Notes under the pieces: model-generated
What the model was told of the DNA's origin: nothing
What the model saw: the letters and a program-made list of their open reading frames with translations, nothing else
Databases searched by the model: none
Position numbers and translations under genes: made by a program
Part shown: positions 30,586-40,532 of the stretch, one piece after another
Position numbering within the stretch: the stretch's first letter is position 1
Layout of the letters: every line of letters starts with the position of its first letter
Assembly (NCBI GenBank): GCA_965195285.1
Contig: CBDAFS010000007.1
Location: 30,785-94,784, forward strand
Length of the DNA: 64,000 bases
Reading direction: 5' to 3'
Source of the DNA: an uncultured Aminicenantes bacterium
GTDB lineage: Bacteria > Acidobacteriota > Aminicenantia > UBA2199

Positions 30586-30647
30586 TTTCACTTGAATATG
30601 GCCTGATTTTCATTTTATTTATATCAGGGCCAATTAAATAAGAGGTC

Positions 30648-31310
30648 TCAATTTACAGGTTTTTCTTGTTTTAATTTGTTAAGAATGGCTTTGGATATCT
30701 TATAAGTTAAGATATCACTTTGGCGGAGAGGACAATTGTTTTTATAATGAATATCGAACCAAAACTGACACAAATCCATCAGAACTATAAAACAATTGCC
30801 GCAATCTATTATGGAATTATTTATCTTTCCCTTTATCATTTCCAGGCATTGATGGTAAATCCGGCTGATGCTCAGTCTCCAGTAATATTCGTTCCAATTT
30901 TCTTTCAAGGTGTTGTTTTTCTGTCCGTATCGAATAACCGCCTTAATCACATCCACTTCTTTCAATAGTTGGACATTGAATAAGACAAAATTTCGAAATT
31001 GTTCAAAAGGATTGACCAAATCCTTCTTAATTACTTTTGAATAATAGACAACTTCCATGAAAATTAACAGGTATTGCAAAATGGTTTTATTATTTTTCTC
31101 TCGCTCCTGATTGCGCAGAGCAATATACATCTGCTCAGGGTTGAGGTTTTTATCTCCTGAAATTCGATTTGCTAAATTTTGGTGATTCTCAAGAAATGAC
31201 ATATAAGCCTCTGCCTCACTCGTTAGTTCTGTAAAGGAATGATCGACTTTGCTTGTGTTTTTAGTATTATGGGGTATGATACTGGGAATCGAAATGTCTT
31301 CTTTTTTCAC
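30648..31310 (-). CDS. hypothetical protein
   Basis: 220-aa ORF with GTG start and no recognised motif. Confidence 0.6.
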   Translation of the reverse strand: MKKEDISIPSIIPHNTKNTSKVDHSFTELTSEAEAYMSFLENHQNLANRISGDKNLNPEQMYIALRNQEREKNNKTILQYLLIFMEVVYYSKVIKKDLVNPFEQFRNFVLFNVQLLKEVDVIKAVIRYGQKNNTLKENWNEYYWRLSISRIYHQCLEMIKGKINNSIIDCGNCFIVLMDLCQFWFDIHYKNNCPLRQSDILTYKISKAILNKLKQEKPVN

Positions 31311-31332
31311 TTTAATGCCGTCTCATATAAAG

Positions 31333-31495
31333 ATCCGAAATGGCTTCCTGCTGGTTTCGGATACAATGCTTTCAAATATAGCAATATTAGAGAAAGCATT
31401 TTTGATACCAGGATTCGAAAATCTCTGAAATCCTTTCAGGATAGGATTTTCCGGGTTTTTATTTGTCAGTGTGGTTTAAGGGATTGTATCAATCC
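31333..31495. ncRNA. candidate structured non-coding RNA (four consecutive hairpins)
   Basis: ATCCGAAA/TTTCGGAT; AATGCTTTC/GAAAGCATT with inner AATAT/ATATT; GAAAATC+CTGAAA/TTTCAG+GATTTTC; GGATTG/CAATCC. G-U extensions favour the + strand. Confidence 0.4.
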
Positions 31496-31766
31496 AGTTC
31501 TGTCCTGCCATATTTGAATGAGATTACCCTGAATTATCAATTGATTAGAGAAAATTGCCAACTGTAACATTTTGATACTTACCTAAAAATAATTCCTTTC
31601 AAAGCCAGGTTGTCAAGGGTATTTGGATAGTCTTGTAATAATTGTTTTATTATGATACACACGGAAGCGAATATTCCGTCCTCAGTCTCGCGATTTGGTG
31701 AGCCCAATTGCATATTTTTAATATAGTGAATATAATTTATTCAAAATATTTCCGGCGAGGTGAAGC

Positions 31767-34700
31767 ATGACTTTTTTTAAAGTAAAATATTTTTCTTTGG
31801 CATTACCCCTTCTTCTAACATTTGTTTTGATCACCTTAATATTTGGTTCATGGAGTTGCGGGGGTAAAAAGAAAAAGCCAGAGGAATTAATTCATAAGAA
31901 AAGTACTGTTGAATTGATCAGCCATATTACCTCCGGCATCATTTCCTCATCCGATGTGATTTCAATTCGTTTTGTCAAACCAATGGTCCGGGAAGAAGTG
32001 ATTGGATCTGTTTTAGAAGAGGCGATTTTTTCTTTTTCACCCGGTATAAAAGGGGAAGCCCGCTGGGGGGATAATCAAACCCTGGTATTTCATGCACGTG
32101 AAAAACTCCCCTTTCGCCAGAACTATGATGGGAAGTTGTTCTTGAACAAGCTGTTCCCAGCCATTACGGAAAAAAAGCCTGTTTCGTTTCAATTTCAAGT
32201 AGCAGGAAGGGGAATCGATCAACTGGATAGTGATTTTAAATTGAGGGACATGAATGATCCGAACACCCTGATTTATTCAGGAATAATTTCATTTACTGAG
32301 CCTATTTCAATAAATCAGGTTAGAGGAGCGGTTTCACTTCGTATGGAAGGACGTTTGATTCCTATTCAATGGAAGATTCTCAAGCAGGATGTGCAATTTG
32401 CTTTTGAATCTACATTTATTTATCGAAAGAAGACAACCCTTCATTTCAAAATGAGCATTGATAAAAAACCACTGGGTATTTCCGAGAATATTGATGAAGC
32501 ATTTACTCTTGAACCGCTTCAGGTTTTTGTACTCAAAGAAGTGATCATGCTGGATCAGGGTAAGAAACCCGGGTTGGAAATAAAATTTTCCGATGATCTG
32601 GACACCAGTCAGGATGTCACCGGGTTGGTGAGAATTGAACCGGAGGTAAAGATAACCTTAAAAGCCCTGGGGAAAAGTATTCATCTCGGAGGTAATTTTA
32701 AATTTGGACAGACCTATACGGTGTCAATTTCAGGAATCCGAAGTCGATGGGGGACTAAACTTTCCGAAGAGGTGAAGAAGCAAGTTGATTTTCAGGATAA
32801 GAAACCACAGGTGACATTTCTCAGTGACGGTGTATTCCTGCCCTCTTCAAACCAACAAAAAGTGGATTTCAAAACCATGAATCTCAGGATGGTTCGTCTG
32901 AATATCAAAAGAGTATTTGAATCCAACCTGGGACAGTTCCTCCAAACCGAAAAGTTACGCTCCCGAAGAAACCGGAACCAGGATTTTAACCAGTATAACG
33001 TTAATCGGGTTGGAGTTACAGTAGTTGATAGAAAGTTTGAAATTGGGAATATTAAAAATCGTTGGCTGAATCATCAGCTGGATTTGAAAAAAATGATTCA
33101 ACCGGGTGAGAAGGGATTGTTTTTAATCACCCTGTCTTTCAAAAAGCAGGATATGCTCTATTCTGGCCTGACCAAAGAGAAAAAGTATTACTATGGAAGG
33201 CTGTACTATTCGAATCCGAATTCTTCCGGTTATCTATGGCGTCATGGAAGGGTGTTCAAATCCCTGGTTTTAAGTGATATCGGATTGACCTATAAAACCG
33301 GGCCCGATCATCACTTGGTGCTGGCTACCAATATTCTTGATGCCAGGCCGCTGAAAAATGTAAAAGTAACGTTGAGAACTTTTCAAAATCAAATTGCGGA
33401 TTCAAAATATACCGATAGCAATGGCCTGGTCCTTTTCGAAGATGTTAAAGATAAGATCTTTTATGTTGAAGCAGAAAAAGATGGACAAAAGAGTATGATA
33501 AAGCCCAGTGAAATGGCCTGGAACCTATCCTCTTTTAATGTGGGAGGTGAGTGGATATCACCTGACGAAACCCGTGCTTTCATATACACCGATCGGGGTG
33601 TTTACCGACCCGGAGATAAAATCAATATTGCTCTGATTGCGCGTAACCGAGAAAATTCTTTTCCTGAAAACCATCCGGTCTCCTTGAAAATATTCAATCC
33701 CAAAAACCAATTAATGGCCGATCAAACTTCCAAACGAAGTCGGGATGGATTTTACCATTTTGGTTTTCAAAGCAAGCAAGAGGATCTTACCGGAAATTGG
33801 AAAGCAAAATTTCTGGTAGGGAGTAAACCGTTTTACCATCCCCTGAAAATTGAGACCGTGGTTCCCTACCGACTAAAGTTAAATTTAAAGGCCCAAAAAC
33901 CGGTTTTGGGACCAGATGACCGTTTCTTGAAGTTAGATCTGGTCGCCACTTATTTATTCGGAAATCCGGCAGCCTTCCTCAATACCGATATCGAGGTTAC
34001 ACTTAAACATCGGGAGATGAAATTTCCCCATTTTTCTGGTTTTATTTTTAACAACGAGTCTCTTCGTTTCAATATTCACAAAGCCAATGTGTATAAGGGG
34101 GCATTGAGCCAGAATGGGCAGGCTCAAATCAAATGGCCCCTTCCGCCTCTTGATTCGATTCCTTCCTCAATCACGGCCCGGGTAACCGCAAAGGTAATGG
34201 AAAAGGGTGGAAGAATGACGCGGAACGATTTGTTGATTTCAGTGGTGCCATTTGCTTATTATGTGGGATTGCAGAAGCCAGAATTCCGTTTCGGGTATAG
34301 TCGGATCGGTGATCCGATAAATATCCCCGCCATATTGACCACCCAAAAAGGTCAGGTTGTTTCCGGAAGGAAATTAAATTACCGAATTTTTAGAAATTCT
34401 CGCTACTGGTGGTGGGAATACGATTCAAGGGATGATTTTCGGATCCGATATAAAAAAGATACCTATACAAAACTGATAAAAAAGGGAAGCCTGGTTACCA
34501 AGAATATTCCGGTTACGCTGACTTTTATACCTGAGAATATGGGTGAATACTTTATCGAAGTTGAACAGGAAGTTGGGAAAGGGCATGTGGCTGGATTTTT
34601 CTTTAGTGCTTATTATTGGGGTGATTCACCAGTGATTGATGATAGTGCGGGAACCATTGTGTTGAAATCAGACAAAAAAGTTTATCACCCCGGTGATACG

Positions 34701-37310
34701 GCTACCATATTTTTTTCATCACCTGACAAAGGGACGATTTTTCTGAATGTTGAAAAAGCAAATAAAGTTATGTTTTCCCAGGTTCGGGAATGTACCCCCG
34801 GGAAGTCCCAGGATCGTTTTGAAATCCCGGTTAATTCAGAGATGTTGCCCAATGTATACGTGTCTGTATCCATCATTCAACCCCATTCTCAGACCCTGAA
34901 CGATCGGCCACTCCGCATGTACGGAGTGATTCCATTGATGGTGGAAGATGCCTCAACCCGATATGGGATTAAGATATCCATGGCTGAGAAATTGAGTTCA
35001 AAGGAGAAATTTTCCGTTGAGATCCAGACAACAGATAACCAGCCCACCCAGTATTCCATTGCTGTGGTTGATGAGGGATTGTTGGGTTTGACTGGTTTCA
35101 AAACCCCCGATCCCTGGAATCACTTTTTCAAAAAGCAAAAATTGGGAATTAAAACTTTTGATCTGTTCTCTTCTATTATCGGAGCTCACAAGGGAGATAT
35201 CTTTCGATTGTTTTCAATTGGAGGAGATCTGGAAACTGAAAAAGATTATGCGGCTTCACAGCGTGAACCCCGGGGGAAAAAGCGTTTTGAGGCGGTATCC
35301 ATGTTCCGGGGTCCTGAAATGACCAATAATAGAGGATATGCGAAAGTTTCCTTTGAGATGCCCAATTACATTGGTGCCGTGCGGGTTATGGTAGTTTCAG
35401 CCCGTGGCGGTAGTTATGGTATGGCTGAAAAAACCGTGCCAGTAAAAACAGAAATAATGGTGTTGCCCACCTTACCCCGAATCCTTGGCCCGGAAGATAA
35501 AATTGTGGTTCCGGTAACTGTTTTTGTTTTGGAGGATGAAATTAAAACGGTTGATGTTTCCATTCAGGCCAGGGGACCGGTGAAAATAATAGGGGAAACC
35601 CATCGGGTTTTGAAGTTTGAAAAATCAGGTGAAAAGGATACCGCTTTCATCCTTCAAGCCTACCCGGCTGTTGGGGAGGCTGAAATAACTGTTGCGGCAA
35701 CTTCAGGCCGATTTAAATCATTCAAAAAAAGTGATCTTAATATCCGACCTTATTCTCCTCGAATTTACACGACGGAAACCAAAGAGTGTCTTCCGGGTAA
35801 AAGTGTGGATTTCATTATTCCGGGCCGGGGTATCCCTGGAACCAACCGGGTGGTCTTATCGGTGATGAGAAAAGAAAGATTAAATCTCAATCACCGTTTG
35901 TACTGGCTTATTCATTATCCATACGGTTGCATTGAACAAACAATATCGGCGGCATTTCCCCAATTATACCTAAAAGAATTCTTAAAACAATCCGCAGTTG
36001 AAACTGAACACATTGATTCCCATATTAATGCGGCCATAAAACGTCTCCGGCGTTTTCAATTGTCTTCCGGTGGATTGTCATTTTGGCCAGGCAATAATCA
36101 GATCAGTATCTGGGGAACGAGCTATGCCCTGCATTTCCTTATTGAAGCCAAAAAACTGGGTTATCATGTCCCTGAAGCATTGATTTCCGGCTGCATTCGG
36201 TTTCAAAAGTCGAGGGCCCTGGGTACCCGGGACAATCTGATGGAAAAAACATACAGATTGTATGGCCTGGCCCTGGCCGGAGAGCCCCAGATCGGATCTA
36301 TGAACCTGATAAAGGAAAACAGCCTGGCTGAGATGACGGATACTGAAAAATGGATGCTGGCCGCAACTTATTACCTGGTCGGCAAAAAAAATACAGCAAA
36401 AAGTGTGGTTTCTAAAGCGGGAATAAAGGCGAAATCCTATTCTGATATTGGCACTACCTATGGTTCCTATCTGAGGGATAAAGCCATGATATTGGAAATA
36501 AGTACATTGTTTGAGGATTGGAATAGAGCTGATAAATTGTATGATGAACTGGTTATGGAACTGTCCGGTGATTCTTGGTATTCCACCCATTCGCTGGGTT
36601 ATGCCTTACTGGCACTGGGCAAATACATTGAGGCAAATCGGGGTGATTTCAGGGAAGCCAATCCCCTGATGAAGGGATATATAAAACTTCCGGGAAGAAA
36701 AAAGATTCATTTTCAAACCGATAAGCTCAAGTTTTCTCATCTGGTAACCCATGGATTTGGAAAAAAAGCTCAAATTTTCATAAACACAGAGACAAACCTG
36801 AAACGGGCATTTGTCCTTCTGGAGTGGGATGGCATCCCTTTAAAACCGGACATTCAGGATATTGAACGCAATCTATGGCTCCAAGTCGAGTGGCTGGATG
36901 ATGCTGGTATTCCCATTGATCCAACTTCCATAAGGCAGGGAAGTACTTTCTGGGGCCATTTTAAAGTGGGACCGGTTGAATACAAAAGACGCCGGCTAGA
37001 GGAACTGGCCCTGATTCAAATCCTCCCTTCAGGTTGGGAAGTTGAAAACATTCGCCTGTTCAAGGAGGATCTTCCTGCCTGGATGAATAAATGGGTGTTG
37101 AATCGGGAGAAGTACCTGGATATCAGGGATGACCGGATCATGTGGTTTTTTGATTTACCTTGGAACCAGAAGTCCCTTGATTTTGTGGTGAAATTAAATG
37201 CGGTAACCGTTGGTGAATTCATTTTACCACCCTCACTTTTTGAAGCCATGTATAATGATAAATTCAAAGCAGTAAAAAAGGGAAAACAGGTCAGGGTTTT
37301 GGAACCGTAA
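31767..37310 (+). CDS. bacterial alpha-2-macroglobulin (lipoprotein)
   Basis: WSC lipobox; YTDRGVYRPGD (MG2), AVVDEG, YPYGCIEQ thioester (35928-35939), DIRDDR, EAMY. Confidence 0.95.
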   Translation: MTFFKVKYFSLALPLLLTFVLITLIFGSWSCGGKKKKPEELIHKKSTVELISHITSGIISSSDVISIRFVKPMVREEVIGSVLEEAIFSFSPGIKGEARWGDNQTLVFHAREKLPFRQNYDGKLFLNKLFPAITEKKPVSFQFQVAGRGIDQLDSDFKLRDMNDPNTLIYSGIISFTEPISINQVRGAVSLRMEGRLIPIQWKILKQDVQFAFESTFIYRKKTTLHFKMSIDKKPLGISENIDEAFTLEPLQVFVLKEVIMLDQGKKPGLEIKFSDDLDTSQDVTGLVRIEPEVKITLKALGKSIHLGGNFKFGQTYTVSISGIRSRWGTKLSEEVKKQVDFQDKKPQVTFLSDGVFLPSSNQQKVDFKTMNLRMVRLNIKRVFESNLGQFLQTEKLRSRRNRNQDFNQYNVNRVGVTVVDRKFEIGNIKNRWLNHQLDLKKMIQPGEKGLFLITLSFKKQDMLYSGLTKEKKYYYGRLYYSNPNSSGYLWRHGRVFKSLVLSDIGLTYKTGPDHHLVLATNILDARPLKNVKVTLRTFQNQIADSKYTDSNGLVLFEDVKDKIFYVEAEKDGQKSMIKPSEMAWNLSSFNVGGEWISPDETRAFIYTDRGVYRPGDKINIALIARNRENSFPENHPVSLKIFNPKNQLMADQTSKRSRDGFYHFGFQSKQEDLTGNWKAKFLVGSKPFYHPLKIETVVPYRLKLNLKAQKPVLGPDDRFLKLDLVATYLFGNPAAFLNTDIEVTLKHREMKFPHFSGFIFNNESLRFNIHKANVYKGALSQNGQAQIKWPLPPLDSIPSSITARVTAKVMEKGGRMTRNDLLISVVPFAYYVGLQKPEFRFGYSRIGDPINIPAILTTQKGQVVSGRKLNYRIFRNSRYWWWEYDSRDDFRIRYKKDTYTKLIKKGSLVTKNIPVTLTFIPENMGEYFIEVEQEVGKGHVAGFFFSAYYWGDSPVIDDSAGTIVLKSDKKVYHPGDTATIFFSSPDKGTIFLNVEKANKVMFSQVRECTPGKSQDRFEIPVNSEMLPNVYVSVSIIQPHSQTLNDRPLRMYGVIPLMVEDASTRYGIKISMAEKLSSKEKFSVEIQTTDNQPTQYSIAVVDEGLLGLTGFKTPDPWNHFFKKQKLGIKTFDLFSSIIGAHKGDIFRLFSIGGDLETEKDYAASQREPRGKKRFEAVSMFRGPEMTNNRGYAKVSFEMPNYIGAVRVMVVSARGGSYGMAEKTVPVKTEIMVLPTLPRILGPEDKIVVPVTVFVLEDEIKTVDVSIQARGPVKIIGETHRVLKFEKSGEKDTAFILQAYPAVGEAEITVAATSGRFKSFKKSDLNIRPYSPRIYTTETKECLPGKSVDFIIPGRGIPGTNRVVLSVMRKERLNLNHRLYWLIHYPYGCIEQTISAAFPQLYLKEFLKQSAVETEHIDSHINAAIKRLRRFQLSSGGLSFWPGNNQISIWGTSYALHFLIEAKKLGYHVPEALISGCIRFQKSRALGTRDNLMEKTYRLYGLALAGEPQIGSMNLIKENSLAEMTDTEKWMLAATYYLVGKKNTAKSVVSKAGIKAKSYSDIGTTYGSYLRDKAMILEISTLFEDWNRADKLYDELVMELSGDSWYSTHSLGYALLALGKYIEANRGDFREANPLMKGYIKLPGRKKIHFQTDKLKFSHLVTHGFGKKAQIFINTETNLKRAFVLLEWDGIPLKPDIQDIERNLWLQVEWLDDAGIPIDPTSIRQGSTFWGHFKVGPVEYKRRRLEELALIQILPSGWEVENIRLFKEDLPAWMNKWVLNREKYLDIRDDRIMWFFDLPWNQKSLDFVVKLNAVTVGEFILPPSLFEAMYNDKFKAVKKGKQVRVLEP

Positions 37311-37325
37311 GAAATATACGTGTGG

Positions 37326-37814
37326 CTACCGGTGTTTGTCGAATGGCCATTTGGTTTTCAGGAAATGGTTTTTTTTAATTTTTTTTAATTTTCCGATCTG
37401 TTCGGATCTCAAAAGCATTTTTATATCCAGTAGATAGTTCAGGTATAATATTGAGATCTCAATCCGTTCTGAACTGATTTCCCTGATTATCTTTTCGATC
37501 TTTTTTCGGTTGATTTGATCGGATTTTATATAGTTGGCCAGATGAATTTCTTTAATTTTAATTTTTGCACATCGACCAATAAATTGCTCCTCGAATGTCA
37601 GCATTAGATTTTCAACTTTATGGATCTGATCCTGAGTTAGATTCACTTGATCTTTATAACCCATGACAAATCTGCCATCAAATAGATTTTGATCTGCCAA
37701 GAATTCCTGGGCAAAAAATTGTCTGATCAATCTTTCGGCCCGGGGGGCTGCCGTTAAAAACAGATCATTTGATATTGCCAGAAACATAAATATGATTACC
37801 AGTGTTTTTTTCAT
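37326..37814 (-). CDS. Spy/CpxP-like periplasmic protein
   Basis: Signal peptide; NLTQDQ and LRSEQ (LTxxQ-like) motifs. Confidence 0.7.
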   Translation of the reverse strand: MKKTLVIIFMFLAISNDLFLTAAPRAERLIRQFFAQEFLADQNLFDGRFVMGYKDQVNLTQDQIHKVENLMLTFEEQFIGRCAKIKIKEIHLANYIKSDQINRKKIEKIIREISSERIEISILYLNYLLDIKMLLRSEQIGKLKKIKKNHFLKTKWPFDKHR

Positions 37815-37842
37815 AATTTTCTCCTTAAAGAAACATCAGGGA

Positions 37843-38295
37843 TTATTTTCCGTCAGCAGTTTCTTCCATAAAAAACCAGTTTTGGCTCAGTTTTAAAAGA
37901 AAAGAAAGTCGCTGTTTTTCATCCAGTAAGTTATTGATATTAATCAAAGCCTCCACAAAGATATTGTTCATTTGATTTTCATATTTATTCAGCTCTTGGG
38001 TTTTGGTTTTCAGTATCCCGAAATCAACTTCCGGATCGCTGAGCTCTTCAATTATTTCTATTCTTTTCTCCAGTATGTACTGTTTGGATCTTATCAGCTG
38101 GAGCCTGAATTGTTTGATTATGGTATCCAGATGTTTTTTTTGATTTTGATGAATGTCCAGATCGATTCTGAAGTTCAGTACTGTCTCTTGTTTGTTGTCC
38201 CGATTCAAAAATTTCTTTATTCCCAAACCCGAAAAGAACGCCAGATTCAGGGCTAGTGATGCCACCAGCAGGATTTTAAGTCCCTTATTTTTCAT
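37843..38295 (-). CDS. periplasmic heavy-metal sensor / CpxP-like protein
   Basis: LVASLALNLAF anchor, LDEKQR motif. Confidence 0.75.
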   Translation of the reverse strand: MKNKGLKILLVASLALNLAFFSGLGIKKFLNRDNKQETVLNFRIDLDIHQNQKKHLDTIIKQFRLQLIRSKQYILEKRIEIIEELSDPEVDFGILKTKTQELNKYENQMNNIFVEALININNLLDEKQRLSFLLKLSQNWFFMEETADGK

Positions 38296-38731
38296 TGGAT
38301 TCCCCTCTGTTGAACAAACTTATGGTTTTATTCTGGGTGTCAAATTGATTTAAGTTCTGGCTCTCCATCAATATTTGTACCATGGTTAGTTCCTTTTTTT
38401 CAGATATTTTTCCGGACTCAAAAGGCAGTACCAGAATCAATCCCAATAGAAAAAAGAGTATAAAAACGAAAGAATACAACAGGGAAGGAAGGGGAGTAAA
38501 CGGAGTTCTTTTGTAACCCTTGACTGTGTCCATGATCATTGCGGTGAAATTTTGGGTGGGTTCTACTTCCTCCAAACCTTTCATTGTCTTGAGGGTTTGA
38601 TCCAGCTGGTTCAATTCCTGCTGGCAATGTTTGCATTGACGTAAATGAGATGCAACCTCAACCTTTTCGTTTTCTTCACATTCGCCATCCTGAAAACGGC
38701 TTAGAATACACAATACCTGTTTACACTTCAT
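38285..38731 (-). CDS. zinc-finger (zf-HC2) anti-sigma factor
   Basis: MKC...LSRFQDGE....HLRQCKHC (HxxxCxxC); one TM. Confidence 0.88.
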   Translation of the reverse strand: MKCKQVLCILSRFQDGECEENEKVEVASHLRQCKHCQQELNQLDQTLKTMKGLEEVEPTQNFTAMIMDTVKGYKRTPFTPLPSLLYSFVFILFFLLGLILVLPFESGKISEKKELTMVQILMESQNLNQFDTQNKTISLFNRGESNEK

Positions 38732-39315
38732 TTTTCCCTCACAATTTTAACATTTTGAATAGATTTTTCTTGCAAAAATATTTTGTTTTTTAACTGGGCT
38801 TTGGCCCGGGAAATCAGGGTTTCAATTTTTGGGATTGACCAATCTGTTATTTCCGCAATCTTCTTATATGAAAAGTCCAGGTAAACTTTTAAGATGAGGG
38901 CTATTCGCTGGTTTTCTTTCAATGTTTTCAGAGCAGAGACCAACTGTTGCTCTTTGACTTCCTGCTCCAATTGATTGTCCGGGGACTCATGGTGATGAAG
39001 ATAGCGGTCAGCCGCATTCTTGTTCAATAGGGAAGATAAATTCACGATCCGCTTGCTTTTTTTTATATAATTAAGGGTCATATTTTTAGCAATTGTGAAG
39101 ATGTAGGCTTGAAAATTGCCCTGAATCCTATACCGGCCCAGCGATTTGAATAAGGTGATAAAGACTTCCTGGGAGAGGTTCTGGGCTTCATCATAATCAT
39201 AAATCATTTTAAAGATGAAATTGAGTATGGGTTTTTTATATCGGTTTATGAGGGTTTCAAAGTGTTGTTCTCGGCCTTCTTTTATAGACTGAATCAGATC
39301 ATCATCGGGTATCAT
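38728..39315 (-). CDS. ECF RNA polymerase sigma factor
   Basis: DEAQNLSQEVFI region 2; LKENQRIALIL...SYKKIAEI...ISRAK region 4. Confidence 0.93.
   Translation of the reverse strand: MIPDDDLIQSIKEGREQHFETLINRYKKPILNFIFKMIYDYDEAQNLSQEVFITLFKSLGRYRIQGNFQAYIFTIAKNMTLNYIKKSKRIVNLSSLLNKNAADRYLHHHESPDNQLEQEVKEQQLVSALKTLKENQRIALILKVYLDFSYKKIAEITDWSIPKIETLISRAKAQLKNKIFLQEKSIQNVKIVREK
38749..38775 (-). promoter_or_regulatory. putative cognate ECF promoter, copy 2 (upstream of the anti-sigma gene)
   Basis: TTGCAAGAAA-N13-TGTT, ending 17 nt before ATG 38731. Confidence 0.65.
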
Positions 39316-39333
39316 TTTCTTTGTTTAATGTAA

Positions 39334-39360
39334 AACAACAAAAATCAATGTTTCTTGCAA
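39334..39360 (-). promoter_or_regulatory. putative cognate ECF promoter, copy 1 (upstream of the sigma gene)
   Basis: TTGCAAGAAA-N13-TGTT, ending 18 nt before ATG 39315. Confidence 0.65.
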
Positions 39361-40532
39361 GATTGGGTACTTACTTCATTTCTGGTATATTTTTCCATCA
39401 ATTTTATATATAGATCCTGTTGTTTTCTAACCATATTCTCTGCTTTCCATTCTGAAAAATCATCTTGAAATTCCCCCATTTTTATTGATTTTTCTGGATG
39501 GAGCTTTAAAAATAAGATTTTCTCCTTGAATTGTTCGTAATCTCCGATTTTTACCAGAAATCCGTTTTGGTTGTTCTTTATAATCTCCCGATGTCCGGGG
39601 ATGTCACTGACTATAACCGGTATCTTCTTCATTCTCATTTGAACAATACTCTGAGGTAATCCTTCCCAGAGGGCACAGGATAATCCACAGTCAAATAATT
39701 CTATTGCCGAAGCAATATCAAAGATAAATCCGGGCATCCGGAAATAGTGTTCAAGGTTTCTTTTTCGGATTTCTACTTCCAGCTCCTCCCGAAGTTCACC
39801 ATCTCCAGCGATGAAAAACACTATGTTCTTGGTTGACTTAGTAATCATGGTGGCAATTTCAATAATATGATGAAGGCTTTTCTGGGGTTTGAACGGGGCG
39901 ATTATTCCACAGACAAAGTCGTCTTTGCTTATATTGTATGTTTTTCTTAGAGCGACCATATTCAATGCTGGTTTTTCAAACTCTATGGCTGGGAATCCGC
40001 TTCGAATCAGGCTGAAATTATTGGCAATCAATTTGAGTTGCCTGGCGGTCTGGATATCCTGCTGGCTTACAAATATGAAATGAGTGGTAAATGGGGCTGC
40101 CATTTTTTCAATTCTGGAATAAATAAACCTTTTCAAATATGAATGAAAAGGTGAAAAAGAAAAACCATGAACCGAATGAATGGTGACCGGAATTTTACCA
40201 AAAAAGCCAACCAGCCGTCCCAGAAAACCGGCTTTTGATGAGTGGGTGTGAAGAATATGGGGCTTGATTGTTTTTAATCTTTTTCTGATTTGAAAAAATG
40301 CCAATATATCTCTGACTGGCTGTATGTTGCGAATCAAATCAGGGATAATAAAAAAACCGTCTTTTTTCTTTACTTTTTCATTCAACAGTCCCCCATCACC
40401 ACTGAGAAGAAAAGTTTCGAATATTGAGTGATCCAAAGACTCAAAAGTATACAAAGTGTTGACCTGGGCTCCTCCCAATTCCATTTTTGTGATCAGGTGA
40501 ACCACTCGAATGCGGTCTTTTCTATTTTTCAT
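39345..40532 (-). CDS. glycosyltransferase family 4
   Basis: GGAQ, HTHSSKAG, HSVHG, AGDG, WEGLP. Confidence 0.9.
   Translation of the reverse strand: MKNRKDRIRVVHLITKMELGGAQVNTLYTFESLDHSIFETFLLSGDGGLLNEKVKKKDGFFIIPDLIRNIQPVRDILAFFQIRKRLKTIKPHILHTHSSKAGFLGRLVGFFGKIPVTIHSVHGFSFSPFHSYLKRFIYSRIEKMAAPFTTHFIFVSQQDIQTARQLKLIANNFSLIRSGFPAIEFEKPALNMVALRKTYNISKDDFVCGIIAPFKPQKSLHHIIEIATMITKSTKNIVFFIAGDGELREELEVEIRKRNLEHYFRMPGFIFDIASAIELFDCGLSCALWEGLPQSIVQMRMKKIPVIVSDIPGHREIIKNNQNGFLVKIGDYEQFKEKILFLKLHPEKSIKMGEFQDDFSEWKAENMVRKQQDLYIKLMEKYTRNEVSTQSCKKH

Noticed and set aside
31478-31610. Cobalamin riboswitch-like fragments (AAGGGA, AATCC..CTGTCC, AACTGTAA, AAGCCAGG)
   Set aside because: Spacing and pairing do not fit the B12 element, and the flanking genes are unrelated to B12.
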